A DNA stretch of 64,000 nucleotides from an uncultured Desulfobulbia bacterium. GTDB lineage: Bacteria; Desulfobacterota; Desulfobulbia; Desulfobulbales; SURF-16. The notes beneath the pieces were generated by a model, which was given only the letters and a program-made list of their open reading frames with translations, did not search any database and was not told where the DNA came from. The stretch's first letter is position 1, and every line of letters begins with the position of its first letter. The stretch covers positions 11,361 to 75,360 of the forward strand of contig CAZZCA010000007.1 in the NCBI GenBank assembly GCA_964653055.1, written 5' to 3'. This document shows positions 63,176-64,000 of the stretch, in pieces. A program made the translations under genes and the position numbers.

Positions 63176-64000
63176 AATTGATCGCCATGGTTGATTTTAA
63201 GGTCAAATTTCCCCAGTCGTTGCCGGTAAAAAGGGCCGGCCTTGCCGGTGGTATGAGGAGTGTAGGGCAGCAGGCCATTTTCTGGCTGTTGCCCTGGGAT
63301 ATTATCGAAGATCACCTCTTCGTTTTCATTAACATAGCTGAGGTGGAGGTCAAGAATCGGCCGGCATACCTGGATTATTCCCTGCTGGTCCCGACAGATT
63401 ACCGGTTCCTCCCAGCGTCGCAGCTGGTAGCTTTTCAGCCATAAACCTTTTTCGGCCTTACCGCTGATTTTGTCGGTCATCCAGGGGTGGGGATAATCCT
63501 CTTCTCCGTAAAGACTGTTGTCTATCTGGTATTCGGCCTCAAAGCTCTCCTGGGCCGAGAGGGCGGCCCAGGCGTCGAAGTCCTCTTCATCCAGGCGCAG
63601 GAGGTGGATGCCCTGGTCGTTAAATGACCATTGACCATGACAGACCTGACAGGCCACCCTGTTGCTCAGATCATGGGCCTTATGGCGAAGTGCTGGAATG
63701 GTCAGGGTTTTGCCGTTTTTGATGTTAATGGTGTCTTCCTGGCTGATATCTGTCGTTTGGTGACAGGAACGGCAGGTAATGGTTGATTCCTTTTTCATTA
63801 ACTCCTGACCATGGTGGCAGTCCAGACAGATCATTCCAGCCTGCTGGTGAATGTCCGGGGTCAGCTGGTGGCTTTCTATTCCCCAGGGACGATTACTGCC
63901 CCCGTCTCTGGTGTGTGGGGTGCGATAGTCCCAGTGAAGGTCACGGTCATGACGGCCGTAATAATCATTGCCCACATGGTTGCCGTAATGACAGGAGAGG
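63172..64000 (-). CDS. Multihaem c-type cytochrome, C-terminal part; 5' end beyond the right window edge
   Basis: CxxCH motifs 'CLDCHH', 'CRSCHQ', 'CQVCHG'. The track start at 63975 is a GTG; my translation continues stop-free to base 64000 as '..LSCHYGNH' (the CH of a further haem motif). Stop overlaps the rlpA ATG (ATGA). Confidence 0.8.
   Translation of the reverse strand, partial: LSCHYGNHVGNDYYGRHDRDLHWDYRTPHTRDGGSNRPWGIESHQLTPDIHQQAGMICLDCHHGQELMKKESTITCRSCHQTTDISQEDTINIKNGKTLTIPALRHKAHDLSNRVACQVCHGQWSFNDQGIHLLRLDEEDFDAWAALSAQESFEAEYQIDNSLYGEEDYPHPWMTDKISGKAEKGLWLKSYQLRRWEEPVICRDQQGIIQVCRPILDLHLSYVNENEEVIFDNIPGQQPENGLLPYTPHTTGKAGPFYRQRLGKFDLKINHGDQL

Noticed and set aside
1-64000. CRISPR arrays, IS elements, rRNA, prophage or defence-system genes
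   Set aside because: Reading through all intergenic regions (the longest is about 360 bp) showed no spaced direct-repeat arrays. No ORF has transposase, integrase, Cas, restriction or toxin-antitoxin hallmarks.

Overview
This 64-kb chromosomal window reads like the core genome of a dissimilatory sulfite/sulfate-reducing Desulfobacterota. My guess is something Desulfobulbales-like at roughly 50% GC by eye, but I cannot verify that without a search. I can support about 58 protein-coding genes, one tRNA-Leu(CAG), five good intrinsic terminators and several sigma70-type promoter candidates.

Anchor genes:
- dsrA-dsrB-dsrD, with a dsrN-type amidase and a ferredoxin nearby
- lon, grpE-dnaK, clpB and hflKC
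- argS / GNAT / secA / argJ
- ribF, thiE, gltA, trpS, feoAB, ettA
- an AICARFT-only purH, slyD and rlpA

A DinG-like helicase is truncated at the left edge and a multihaem cytochrome c at the right edge. Both are missing or incomplete in the ORF track because they run off the window. I saw no CRISPR array, rRNA, transposase, integrase or phage gene, and the window is mostly ordinary core genome. All protein calls rest on motif recognition in the supplied translations, not on database searches.

The best candidates for something undescribed are all hypotheses:
1. A tightly coupled opposite-strand TPR / Zn-ribbon-HEAT / TPR operon wedged between dsrABD and dsrN.
2. A C_GCAxxG_C_C protein, a CcsA/CcmF-like haem-handling protein and a membrane protein forming a triad behind clpB, with no other cytochrome-maturation genes nearby.
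3. A Feo locus with a stand-alone gate-domain permease, a 14-nt exact repeat in two of its upstream regions and a structured leader.
4. A secreted beta-carbonic-anhydrase-like protein that appears to have lost all three zinc ligands.
5. An NADH:polysulfide-reductase-like CoADR-rhodanese fusion, a NifX-like protein and a DUF134 regulator directly upstream of a dsrA promoter that carries an inverted repeat over its -10 element.

Many very long ORFs in the track are codon-aligned antisense shadows of real genes and were rejected.
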